Source: a virus (taxonomy: Duplodnaviria > Caudoviricetes). Taken from it: DNA of 64,000 nt. The translations under genes were made by a program, and so were the position numbers. The stretch spans positions 5,201 through 69,200 of the IMG/VR virus record IMGVR_UViG_3300037565_000048; one strand, written 5' to 3'. Positions 47,436 through 55,332 of this stretch are shown in pieces. Under the pieces are notes generated by a model. The model searched no databases. It was not told the origin of the DNA and saw only the letters and a program-made list of their open reading frames with translations. Position 1 is the stretch's first letter. Each line of letters begins with the position of its first letter.

Positions 47436-47712
47436 ACTCTACCATTTGTTTGTAGTCCATAGACGAAATGAACTTGACAATCGTTTCGTAGCTGTTCCAT
47501 ACAGCAGCCACGGCATCGCTGTCAAACTCATTGAGGTCTTGAACCGTTTTGTTAAACTTCCGATTTGTTGCGTGGAGCAAGCGTTTTGCGCTTGTCTTGA
47601 TTTCGCCACTCCACATATTCGTATCCTTGAGGTCGTCAATGTCGTCCTTCATACATTGACTTAGCAACGCCAAGCGCACAATGCACTCGCGTTGTTTCTG
47701 ATGATCACTCAT
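47356..47712 (-). CDS. hypothetical protein
   Basis: Likely ATG 47712 (MSDHQK), TAATG-coupled to the upstream gene. Confidence 0.55.
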   Translation of the reverse strand: MSDHQKQRECIVRLALLSQCMKDDIDDLKDTNMWSGEIKTSAKRLLHATNRKFNKTVQDLNEFDSDAVAAVWNSYETIVKFISSMDYKQMVEYADEIKTRFSDVEGVGEDSGREQGES

Positions 47713-48044
47713 TACACTACGTTTTTCTCGGTGAGCTCCGCAACATCCTGGTACAGCTTGTCGCAACCGCTGAACCAATTACGGCCATACTTGTCTTCCA
47801 TCATCTTGTTCCATTCTACTTTGCGTTGATAGCGAATAGTTTCCTCGAATGAGACGTTACGCATGAACAATAGACAAAACTGACGCATTGAAATCGGCTT
47901 TTGGTAACTTCTTTTACCGGACGGATCCTTGACTGCCTCCAAAACCGTTTCACCGTTTAGTGATCGGTAATCCTTACCGTTGATAGTAACGGCAACGTGA
48001 AATCTGATACAGTCAAAAGCCGTATCTAGCTTGATTGTTTCCAT
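47712..48044 (-). CDS. hypothetical protein
   Basis: Likely ATG 48044 (METIKL). Confidence 0.55.
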   Translation of the reverse strand: METIKLDTAFDCIRFHVAVTINGKDYRSLNGETVLEAVKDPSGKRSYQKPISMRQFCLLFMRNVSFEETIRYQRKVEWNKMMEDKYGRNWFSGCDKLYQDVAELTEKNVV

Positions 48045-48106
48045 TGAAATAGATGTTTTCGATTGAGCCCGCAATCTACATCTATTCGGCAACCTTGCAA
48101 AATTCT

Positions 48107-48319
48107 TTAAGGGTTTATTTTGACTGAAGACGTGTCCAGCTTTAGCGACGCAAGGACTTCTTCAAGCGTCATTTCCCTGCCGTGAACAGTTTTTCCTATT
48201 TGCTGTTCAGTTTTGAAGTGAAACTTGCCAGCCATTTTCTTCACGAATAAAGCAATGGTTGAGCACTCTTCTTCAGTTGCATCCGGGAAATGCTTTCGCA
48301 CATATTCTGATCGTGTCAT
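48107..48319 (-). CDS. hypothetical protein
   Basis: ATGA overlap with the RNase H stop. Confidence 0.55.
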   Translation of the reverse strand: MTRSEYVRKHFPDATEEECSTIALFVKKMAGKFHFKTEQQIGKTVHGREMTLEEVLASLKLDTSSVKINP

Positions 48320-49068
48320 AATCTGTCTCCATTTGAGAAGCGAACAGTCCACTCGTCGCTTTCGTTTTCAAAGCTTTCTCTTTTGCTTAATTGCGCCCAC
48401 TTGTCTACCGGGATCCGGAAGTAGATGACCTCATTTGTTGAATAGAACTCGTATCCTTTGCCGATGACGGCACTACCGCCCCGCTTCCGTTTCTTGTTCT
48501 TGAGCACATACCCTTCCGCGTTTTCAACCACAATGTACGAACGTCGTATCACCAACGTCACATTGCTTCTGTCGTGTTTGTGGCTCAACGGTTGGATGCG
48601 CTCAAGGTTTGGGTTTGCTTCGTCGATGCTTTTACCCAGCACCGCGTTCTTGGCCAACCGGTCCGCGTATTCATTCCACACATTGCCGTTGTGACCACGA
48701 ACCCATTGCATATTGTAGTTCGGGTTGAGATACGGTATCGCCTCTGACCACAACTCAAGATGAGACAGAATCCTTCCGTTTCGAGTCTTGTACTGATTGC
48801 GTTGGTAGCTACCGTCCTGCAGCCCCTTGAAATGAGACATCACGTTCTTGCTGTCGGTGAGCAACAAGCAATGACTGATCTTTTCTTCAGACAAAAACTT
48901 TAGTGCCCCAATCAATGCGTGAATCTCCGATTGATACGCGGTGCCGATACCGGCTTTCCATGATCGAGCATACTTGACATCATTACCTTCTACGTAGATA
49001 AATGCAGCACCCATCACTCCCTTCCTGGTAGGCATTGCACTACCATCAACGTATGCTCTACACCTCAT
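48316..49068 (-). CDS. rnhA: ribonuclease HI with C-terminal extension
   Basis: YVDGS, YQSEIHAL, LTDSK and WVRGHNGNVWNEYADRLAK catalytic motifs. Confidence 0.9.
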   Translation of the reverse strand: MRCRAYVDGSAMPTRKGVMGAAFIYVEGNDVKYARSWKAGIGTAYQSEIHALIGALKFLSEEKISHCLLLTDSKNVMSHFKGLQDGSYQRNQYKTRNGRILSHLELWSEAIPYLNPNYNMQWVRGHNGNVWNEYADRLAKNAVLGKSIDEANPNLERIQPLSHKHDRSNVTLVIRRSYIVVENAEGYVLKNKKRKRGGSAVIGKGYEFYSTNEVIYFRIPVDKWAQLSKRESFENESDEWTVRFSNGDRL

Positions 49069-49283
49069 TTTTGAATACGCTCTCGAAGAATATGATTGGC
49101 AATCTGTAGACCTTCGTTCAAGCTTACTGAAATGCTATCCCAATGTATCACACTAAGCTTTGACACCGGGAAGTGTGCTTCCTTCAGTTCTGTGATTTCT
49201 TGAACAAGCGCCTTGTCTTCTTCAAGGGCCTTGATGTAAACGATTGAACCTCTCTTGGTTCGGGCATAATCTCCTGGATTCAT
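49065..49283 (-). CDS. small hypothetical protein (KOW/SH3-like)
   Basis: MNPGDYARTKRG start; 72 aa. Confidence 0.55.
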   Translation of the reverse strand: MNPGDYARTKRGSIVYIKALEEDKALVQEITELKEAHFPVSKLSVIHWDSISVSLNEGLQIANHILRERIQK

Positions 49284-49313
49284 GTATTGTGTTTTGCCCG
49301 AAATTACACAAGA

Positions 49314-49985
49314 TTAGGTAAATAGGCACGTCTGACTGCAACAATCGGAGTTTGTGCATTGAGCATCAAGAACTTCCTTTTTGCTCTGAAGAAGCTTTTT
49401 GATTTCGTGCATCCGGTTAATTCCGTTGTTCTCGTCCTCAAGATACTCTTCAAACCGCTGCAACAAATCATTGATCTTTCTGTTCTTGCAGTCTTTTGGC
49501 TGATCACCCAACCACTTGTGCTGAATTGTCTTGGCTCCAATCCAAGTCAATGTGAACAGACTTCCAGATGCGATTTGCAACTTGTGAGCAAGCCCCGATT
49601 TGATCACGACGTATTCACCTTCGTTGAGAACTCTTGAGAAGTCTGGTGTATCCACCTTTACCCTACCCTGCAAAACCAACAAGTGCTCATCGCAGTTGTG
49701 AATATGACCAGGAAATACGCTGTCTTGTATGCCACGGTACATCGCGGACACCGCATTGGTTCCGTCCGGTAACTTCACGCCTCTGATCAAGTCGTGGCCA
49801 CCGTCAAAGCTTGGCATCCAATCTTCCGGTAGGTTGTCTACCACCATATCTTGTGGCTCCCCCTTGAGGAATAGGTAGTTCTGAAGACGCAAATTACTTT
49901 GTTTGGCCTCTTGTTCAAGCTGGTCTATTGACTCCGATATAGTGTTCATAAACAGTAATTTAAGGCAATCATCCTTTCTTGTCAA
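49314..49985 (-). CDS. cupin-domain protein with flanking helices
   Basis: FPGHIHNCDEHLLVLQG ... LNEGEYVVIKSGLAH cupin motifs 1 and 2. Confidence 0.75.
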   Translation of the reverse strand: MTRKDDCLKLLFMNTISESIDQLEQEAKQSNLRLQNYLFLKGEPQDMVVDNLPEDWMPSFDGGHDLIRGVKLPDGTNAVSAMYRGIQDSVFPGHIHNCDEHLLVLQGRVKVDTPDFSRVLNEGEYVVIKSGLAHKLQIASGSLFTLTWIGAKTIQHKWLGDQPKDCKNRKINDLLQRFEEYLEDENNGINRMHEIKKLLQSKKEVLDAQCTNSDCCSQTCLFT

Positions 49986-50379
49986 GGTGTTCCTTCAATG
50001 ATGTGATTGCATCGTTAATCGACTGGTTCATTTTGAGCAACCAAATTTCGCTGTTCTTGGCATCGTCTGAAAACTCGTTCTTTAGAAACTCCATGACGTG
50101 ACCATTTGATTTCAATTGCTCCCGAAGCATTGCTTCGTACCGAACCATCATTTCTTTGTACTCAAGGTCTTTCTCTTCAATCTTCTTCCGCTTCGCGTTG
50201 TTCGATTCTTCCAATGCCTTGATGGTATTGGCCAAACTCTTGTTCTTTTCTTTCTGCTCCTTTTGGTATTGCTTGAAGAGAAACACTATCAGAACAGCCA
50301 TAATGACAAAGACTAGCCCCATTTCAGCTAGTCTACCCAATAGGTCTGATGACTGTTCTATCTGCTGTATAGTTTCCAT
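49969..50379 (-). CDS. single-TM coiled-coil protein (BhlA/UviB holin-like?)
   Basis: TM GLVFVIMAVLIVFLFK followed by a Lys/Glu-rich coil; start uncertain (50379 or 50481). Confidence 0.45.
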   Translation of the reverse strand: METIQQIEQSSDLLGRLAEMGLVFVIMAVLIVFLFKQYQKEQKEKNKSLANTIKALEESNNAKRKKIEEKDLEYKEMMVRYEAMLREQLKSNGHVMEFLKNEFSDDAKNSEIWLLKMNQSINDAITSLKEHLDKKG

Positions 50380-50494
50380 TGTCCTACCCGGCAAAGTTGC
50401 GACATAGATGGAGCCAAACAATACCAAATTCAAATCGTTCTCCACACTCAAGATTTCATTATCATCAAATTCTTTGTGCATTGTGATATTTTTG

Positions 50495-50502
50495 TATGTT
50501 TG
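50495..50502 (+). promoter_or_regulatory. Bacteroidota -7 element TATGTTTG
   Basis: At the start of the + strand block; TTTG at 50473-50476 is a possible -33 element. Confidence 0.5.
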
Positions 50503-50515
50503 CCTCAAATCAACG

Positions 50516-50746
50516 ATGATGAACTTGATACTACACAAAGCCGGACTCCCAATTGACCTTGCAGTTTCTTTAGTGGAGAAGACGACCGGCATCACCGTCA
50601 ACCGACACCCGGACGATCACCTTTGCCAAGCCATCTACATCGGCAAGAAGTCGGCTTTCTTGATCAACAACCCAAGCAAATACGGAAGCGATTACCAGCA
50701 CCTAACTGTATCAGAGTACAAGAAGAGATATCACAAGGCCTCATAG
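50516..50746 (+). CDS. hypothetical protein
   Basis: ATG-started part of ORF 50408..50746. Confidence 0.5.
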   Translation: MMNLILHKAGLPIDLAVSLVEKTTGITVNRHPDDHLCQAIYIGKKSAFLINNPSKYGSDYQHLTVSEYKKRYHKAS

Positions 50747-50810
50747 CTCAACCGGATAGAGCACCCGCCTTCTAAGCGGGCGGTTCCGGGTTCGATTCCC
50801 GGTGGGGTCT
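50737..50810 (+). tRNA. tRNA-Arg (anticodon TCT), CCA not encoded
   Basis: Cloverleaf: acceptor GGCCTCA/TGGGGTC, anticodon arm CCCGC-CTTCTAA-GCGGG, T arm CCGGG-TTCGATT-CCCGG. Confidence 0.93.
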
Positions 50811-50829
50811 CTAATCAATCAATACCACT

Positions 50830-51291
50830 ATGAACTACGAAGTAAAAAAAGACAGCACCGGTGAGTGGCGGTGGCAAGTGAAAGCTGCCAACCACGAAAT
50901 CATTGCTGCATCAACTGAAGGTTACAAGAACAAGGCCGACGCAGAGCAGAACTTCCAAACTGTGATCACCTTGAGTAAGCACTTTGGAACGGTTAAGCGC
51001 ACCGGCTTGAACTTTGGCGAAGCACTTGATGCACTTAAGAACGGCCAAGAAGTTGCTCGTAAAGGTTGGAAAGGAAAAGGTATGTTCATCTTCTTGATGA
51101 AGAACCCGCTGTTCCCTATGCACCAAATCGACAGCCCAAGCTTTAAGCGCGATAACCCGGACCGCAAGTTCTGCACTACCAGGAACTTCTTGGCAATGCG
51201 CGACGCTCAAGGTGAAATCGTGCCGGGATGGTTGGCAAGCCAAACCGATATGCTGGCTGACGATTGGGAAGTAATTGAACCGAAATCATAA
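50830..51291 (+). CDS. tad2: DUF1508 (YegP-like) domain fused to a DUF2829/Tad2-like sponge domain
   Basis: N-terminal YEVKKDSTGEWRWQVKAANHEIIAASTEGYKNKADA; C-terminal LNFGEALDALKNGQEVARKGWKGKGMF...WLASQTDMLADDW. Confidence 0.8.
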   Translation: MNYEVKKDSTGEWRWQVKAANHEIIAASTEGYKNKADAEQNFQTVITLSKHFGTVKRTGLNFGEALDALKNGQEVARKGWKGKGMFIFLMKNPLFPMHQIDSPSFKRDNPDRKFCTTRNFLAMRDAQGEIVPGWLASQTDMLADDWEVIEPKS

Positions 51292-51301
51292 TTCTTGAGA
51301 C

Positions 51302-51814
51302 ATGAACAATTGGAAGATGAAGGTTCACTACGGAACCAAAAAAATCAAAGCCAAATTGATGACGCGTGGAGAATACAACCTCTTGCGCGGATGGCAGACA
51401 CCTAAAGACGAGGATCCTAAAGACGAAGGGTACTTGGTTGAATATCTTGACAGCCCGAATAAGGTGCACCCCGACTACGACAACTACATTTCGTGGAGCC
51501 CTAAAGACGTCTTTGAGTCAGCTTACAAGCAGTCCGGCTTCTTGACCTTTGGCCATGCAATCGAAGCAATGAAAGAAGGTCACAAAGTCGCTCGTAAAGG
51601 ATGGAACGGAAAAGGAATGTACGCGGTGCTTATGCCTGGATACCCGAACGGTATCAAGGTGAACGAAGCCACTCAAAAAGTTCATGGACTTAAAGAGGGT
51701 GCTACCCTTGTTTTCCGTCCGTACTTCCAGCTTTACACAGCACAGAAAGACGTTGCAATGTGGTCTCCTTCCGGAAGCGATGCACTCGCTGAAGATTGGA
51801 TGATCGTAGAGTAA
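51302..51814 (+). CDS. tad2: N-terminal YGTK...SWSPKDVFE domain fused to a DUF2829/Tad2-like domain
   Basis: C-terminal LTFGHAIEAMKEGHKVARKGWNGKGMY...WSPSGSDALAEDW. Confidence 0.8.
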   Translation: MNNWKMKVHYGTKKIKAKLMTRGEYNLLRGWQTPKDEDPKDEGYLVEYLDSPNKVHPDYDNYISWSPKDVFESAYKQSGFLTFGHAIEAMKEGHKVARKGWNGKGMYAVLMPGYPNGIKVNEATQKVHGLKEGATLVFRPYFQLYTAQKDVAMWSPSGSDALAEDWMIVE

Positions 51815-51884
51815 CCTTGAGATATTCACGAAGCTAAGTGTGTTGACTTCTATAGTCAGCATTGGTAGTAGTAAGTGTTAAGTA

Positions 51885-51915
51885 GCCACCGGGCGAAACG
51901 TCGTCCGGTGGTTTT
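51885..51915 (+). terminator. intrinsic terminator
   Basis: CCACCGGGCG-AAACGT-CGTCCGGTGG-TTTT. Confidence 0.7.
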
Positions 51916-51941
51916 AACGAACCAAATATCAGGCGTGTGGG

Positions 51942-52310
51942 TTGTCTGTGCGATTGCAAAAATACCTGATATTGTATGTTAGAAATTTTTATAGTGCGAT
52001 GGCAAAAATTATAGATAAAGAAAGATTTGAGATAGGAATACACAAGTCTGGAAAAGTGTACTGGAAGCCTGAATGGTGTGTACATATTCATTGCTTCCAT
52101 AAAGTTGAAAACGGAAGAGGGTTTAAGTACATCAACACATGGACTTACTACATTCCCACAACGATTCAGTTGTTTTGGTTAAAGTTCATCTTTTACATAA
52201 AGCTAAAACCAAAACTAATTAGCGGAGACAAGCCTATCAAGTACGTGGAGTTTGACAAAACACATCTTTCATTGATGGACTTGCCAGAAGGAAGTTGGAG
52301 CGATGGCTAA
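51942..52310 (+). CDS. hypothetical protein (AT-rich)
   Basis: 122-aa ORF, likely ATG ~51999; composition differs from the genome core. Confidence 0.5.
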   Translation: MSVRLQKYLILYVRNFYSAMAKIIDKERFEIGIHKSGKVYWKPEWCVHIHCFHKVENGRGFKYINTWTYYIPTTIQLFWLKFIFYIKLKPKLISGDKPIKYVEFDKTHLSLMDLPEGSWSDG

Positions 52311-52366
52311 TTGTTTTTAATCCCCCGTATAAGTACCGTTTCAATGACTCTTGGATAAATTTAAAA

Positions 52367-52440
52367 GCGCCTTTAGCTCAGTTGGTTAGAGCACCGGACT
52401 CATAATCCGTAGGTCGTAGGTTCAAGCCCTACAAGGCGCA
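52367..52440 (+). tRNA. tRNA with CAT anticodon, probably tRNA-Ile2 (lysidine type) rather than Met
   Basis: Acceptor GCGCCTT/AAGGCGC with C4-G69 and C5-G68 (TilS determinants), loop CTCATAA, A73; no CCA encoded. Confidence 0.85.
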
Positions 52441-52458
52441 CAAGAAACTCAAGAAAAA

Positions 52459-52680
52459 ATGCCACGAAGAAGAAAACGATTCAACAGCGAAAAAAGCGCA
52501 AAAGCTTTCGCTCAAAGCGTCAACGGTCAAGTCAACGACTTACGGCATCTTGAGAACGCCAAAAGCCCGTTCACAGTCACCTACACCCCAACAGACAAGA
52601 CAAGAGCTCACTTCATTGAGCAAGATTGGTGCCCGGAGGAAGGAAGAGACTTTGGGTGGCCGAACAGCTTTTGGAAATGA
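52459..52680 (+). CDS. hypothetical protein
   Basis: 73-aa ORF after the tRNA. Confidence 0.6.
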   Translation: MPRRRKRFNSEKSAKAFAQSVNGQVNDLRHLENAKSPFTVTYTPTDKTRAHFIEQDWCPEEGRDFGWPNSFWK

Positions 52681-52712
52681 CTCAAGAAATCATCTTACAC
52701 TACCTTTAGAGA

Positions 52713-53807
52713 ATGAAACCTACAATCAACCACGGATCTCTATTTTCCGGACTTGGAGGGTTTGACCTTGCAGCGCAAAAAGTAGGATGGAACAACGTCT
52801 TCCATTGTGAGTGGGAACCATTCCCGCGACAAATTCTTCAGTACTATTGGCCTCAAACCAAATCATACACAGATGTCAAAGAAACCAGCTTCAAAGCGTG
52901 GAGACACGTTCCAAACCTCGTTATTTCCGGTGGATTCCCATGCCAACCATTCTCCGCAGCAGGAAAACGGCAAGGCACTATCGACGGCCGATATCTCTGG
53001 CCGGAAATGCTACGAGCAATACGGGAGTCTAAGCCCGTTGCCGTGGTTGCTGAAAACGTTGCTGGTCTACTCACAATGGGAGAACGAGAGGTGTTTGCTC
53101 AGGTGGACAGTAGAAACAATATCCGATACACGGACTACGACCACTATGAGGCAATATACACACGACAAGAGGAAATGCTACTCAAGAACATTATTGAAGA
53201 CCTTGAGAAAGAAGGATACTCCGTCCAAACACTTGTTATTCCGGCTGCGGGTGTTGGCGCCCCGCACAAAAGAGAAAGAATTTGGATTGTTGCTTACTCC
53301 AACGAGCGTGATGACAGACGAACCACCGGAGAAGATGCGAGCGAGGGCAGCAAAGAACGGCTATCAGAACGGCACGAAATACGGCAGTCTGCTAAGTCAG
53401 GTGAAGTACAGCGCAATGCTTCCGGCCCCAACAACAGACAGCAAAAGCAATCGGAAAAACAATTACAAGCAAGGAGGAACACCTTTAACGGTGGCAATAT
53501 CGGGTATGCTTCCGACACCAGCAGCACAGAACTACAAGGGAGCATCAAGCAAGGAAGCACTAAAGAAACGGGGGCGACTGAAAATAAAAGCCGACAATCT
53601 TCCGGATCAATTTGCAGTCAGTGGCAGAAGTTCCCAACTCAACCCCCGATTTGTGGCGGAAATGATGGGCTTCCCTCCGAATTGGACGGAATTACCTTTT
53701 CAAAGTGGAGGTCTGAATCTCTCAAAGGATACGGAAACGCAGTAGTTCCTCAAATACCGGAACGCCTATTCACAGCAATCGAACTCAAGATTTATGAAGA
53801 CTATTGA
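52713..53807 (+). CDS. C5-cytosine DNA methyltransferase, alpha chain (motifs I-VIII and X; motif IX absent)
   Basis: LFSGLGG, GGFPCQPFS, ENVAG, HKRERIW and GYGNAVVP motifs. Confidence 0.92.
   Translation: MKPTINHGSLFSGLGGFDLAAQKVGWNNVFHCEWEPFPRQILQYYWPQTKSYTDVKETSFKAWRHVPNLVISGGFPCQPFSAAGKRQGTIDGRYLWPEMLRAIRESKPVAVVAENVAGLLTMGEREVFAQVDSRNNIRYTDYDHYEAIYTRQEEMLLKNIIEDLEKEGYSVQTLVIPAAGVGAPHKRERIWIVAYSNERDDRRTTGEDASEGSKERLSERHEIRQSAKSGEVQRNASGPNNRQQKQSEKQLQARRNTFNGGNIGYASDTSSTELQGSIKQGSTKETGATENKSRQSSGSICSQWQKFPTQPPICGGNDGLPSELDGITFSKWRSESLKGYGNAVVPQIPERLFTAIELKIYEDY
52807..53745 (+). CDS. nested alternative-frame ORF: putative C5-MTase beta chain carrying TRD-like repeats and motif IX
   Basis: 312 codons open entirely inside the MTase gene; LLLTP/MLPAP/MLPTP repeats and LNPRFVAEMMGFPPNWT (53638-53691). 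True start unknown. Confidence 0.7.
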   Translation: MSGNHSRDKFFSTIGLKPNHTQMSKKPASKRGDTFQTSLFPVDSHANHSPQQENGKALSTADISGRKCYEQYGSLSPLPWLLKTLLVYSQWENERCLLRWTVETISDTRTTTTMRQYTHDKRKCYSRTLLKTLRKKDTPSKHLLFRLRVLAPRTKEKEFGLLLTPTSVMTDEPPEKMRARAAKNGYQNGTKYGSLLSQVKYSAMLPAPTTDSKSNRKNNYKQGGTPLTVAISGMLPTPAAQNYKGASSKEALKKRGRLKIKADNLPDQFAVSGRSSQLNPRFVAEMMGFPPNWTELPFQSGGLNLSKDTETQ

Positions 53808-53832
53808 AAGGTAAAAAGCACTACGATTAAAA

Positions 53833-53840
53833 TACATTTG
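53833..53840 (+). promoter_or_regulatory. Bacteroidota -7 element TACATTTG
   Basis: Perfect TAnnTTTG, 3 nt before ATG 53844. Confidence 0.55.
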
Positions 53841-54365
53841 ACGATGAACGAAAAAGACTTGCAAGCACGAATTGCTTGGCACATCATGCACAAGCAGAAG
53901 CACGAAATGCTCACATTCAACATAGCATGGATACTCCCCTTTGAGTGTGACGTAGCTTCAATCGACACTAAAGGTTGGCTACACGAATACGAAATCAAAG
54001 TCACCGCTGCCGACTTCCGGAAGGACTTTGACAAATCCTTTAGTGGTTTTGATCGGAACGGCCAAGTGATAGAATACAACAAGCACGAACTTCTGCAGGA
54101 TGGATTGGCCGTCAACAAAATCCCAAACCGGTTCAGCTTCGTTTGTCCGGATGGACTGATTGACCCTAAAGACGTGCCGGACTACGCTGGGTTATATTTT
54201 GTCAACGAATCCGGAGTCGTCAAGAAAATCCGTGCCGGAAAAATCATTCACAAGTTTGTGGATCCCGGACACGCCAAAGCCGTTGCAAGAAACGTATCTT
54301 TGAAGTACGCTTCATTGCACCGAAAGCTGTCTCTTGAGAAGCAAAATGTCCAGTTTATTTCGTAA
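53838..54365 (+). CDS. PD-(D/E)xK nuclease, MmcB-like
   Basis: ECDVASI...LHEYEIKVTAADFRKDF ... PNRFSFVCP ... YAGL. Confidence 0.7.
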   Translation: MTMNEKDLQARIAWHIMHKQKHEMLTFNIAWILPFECDVASIDTKGWLHEYEIKVTAADFRKDFDKSFSGFDRNGQVIEYNKHELLQDGLAVNKIPNRFSFVCPDGLIDPKDVPDYAGLYFVNESGVVKKIRAGKIIHKFVDPGHAKAVARNVSLKYASLHRKLSLEKQNVQFIS

Positions 54366-54399
54366 TTTGCTGGACATCAAATGACTTGAAATCAACGAT

Positions 54400-54747
54400 A
54401 TGAAGAAGCTTGCACTATTCCACCTCATACTGTTTTCACTTATAGGTGAAACGCTCTTGAGCCAAGAAGACATCTACCGAGTTCCCCAGCTTGAAACCGA
54501 TCAGTACATCTACGGATACGACCCGGTTTACGGAAGCGCATACATCCGTCCGGCTGTCATTCTGCCGACGCAAGTTTACGGGCAACCGGTTCAAGTCAAC
54601 ATCATCATTCCATCTGAAGATTATCCTACTTGGATCATTACGGCTCCTTCAGTTACCACATATCCGGACCACATTCAAGAACGCCTCAACAGCGTTCTAT
54701 ACCCAAAGAAATTCAATGAAAACTTCCTTGAAAGAATCTATGACTGA
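54400..54747 (+). CDS. secreted hypothetical protein
   Basis: Signal peptide MKKLALFHLILFSLIG; TAATTTGC promoter-like motif at 54363. Confidence 0.55.
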   Translation: MKKLALFHLILFSLIGETLLSQEDIYRVPQLETDQYIYGYDPVYGSAYIRPAVILPTQVYGQPVQVNIIIPSEDYPTWIITAPSVTTYPDHIQERLNSVLYPKKFNENFLERIYD

Positions 54748-55328
54748 TGAAAATTCTTGTATTCGACGTTGAAACCAACGGAAAAGCTATCAACTTCAGA
54801 GCACCGATGACTCAAGTTGATAATTGGCCACGAGTAACACAGATTGCTTGGCTGACACACGACACAGAAACCAAAGAGGACTTCGAGTTCTCCACGCTTA
54901 TCAAGCCCGATGGATGGACTGTACCAACGGCACAGTTCTTCATTGACAACAACATGAGCACGGAACGATGCGAAGCAGCCGGGATCCCGATGCCGGACGT
55001 TCTCAAACTCTTCTTTGATTGTCTTGAGCGATGTGATCTTCTCGTCGCGCACAACATGGCATTTGACTACAACGTGGTTGGTGCCGAAGCTATCCGGTAC
55101 AAACTCAAGGCCAAGAAAAAGGTGGACCGGTATTGTACGATGCAGCACACGACCAACGTACTGAAGATACCTGGACGATACGGTGACTTCAAATGGCCAA
55201 AGCTGGAAGAAGCATACAAGCACTACTACGGAGAAATCTTTAGCGGAGCTCACGATGCACTTGTCGATGTCCGCGCTTGCCGTGACGTCTTCCTCAAGGT
55301 TTACAAAGAAGAATCAATCAAACAATAA
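54747..55328 (+). CDS. DEDDh 3'-5' exonuclease (DnaQ-like)
   Basis: VFDVETNG, VAHNMAFD and AHDALVDV motifs. Confidence 0.9.
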   Translation: MKILVFDVETNGKAINFRAPMTQVDNWPRVTQIAWLTHDTETKEDFEFSTLIKPDGWTVPTAQFFIDNNMSTERCEAAGIPMPDVLKLFFDCLERCDLLVAHNMAFDYNVVGAEAIRYKLKAKKKVDRYCTMQHTTNVLKIPGRYGDFKWPKLEEAYKHYYGEIFSGAHDALVDVRACRDVFLKVYKEESIKQ

Positions 55329-55332
55329 CGAC

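Noticed and set aside
51815-51915. Hammerhead ribozyme or third tRNA (hairpin TGTTGAC-TTCTATA-GTCAGCA plus a GAAAC-containing stem)
   Set aside because: No CUGANGA core and no D/T-arm consensus; the second stem is adequately explained as a terminator.
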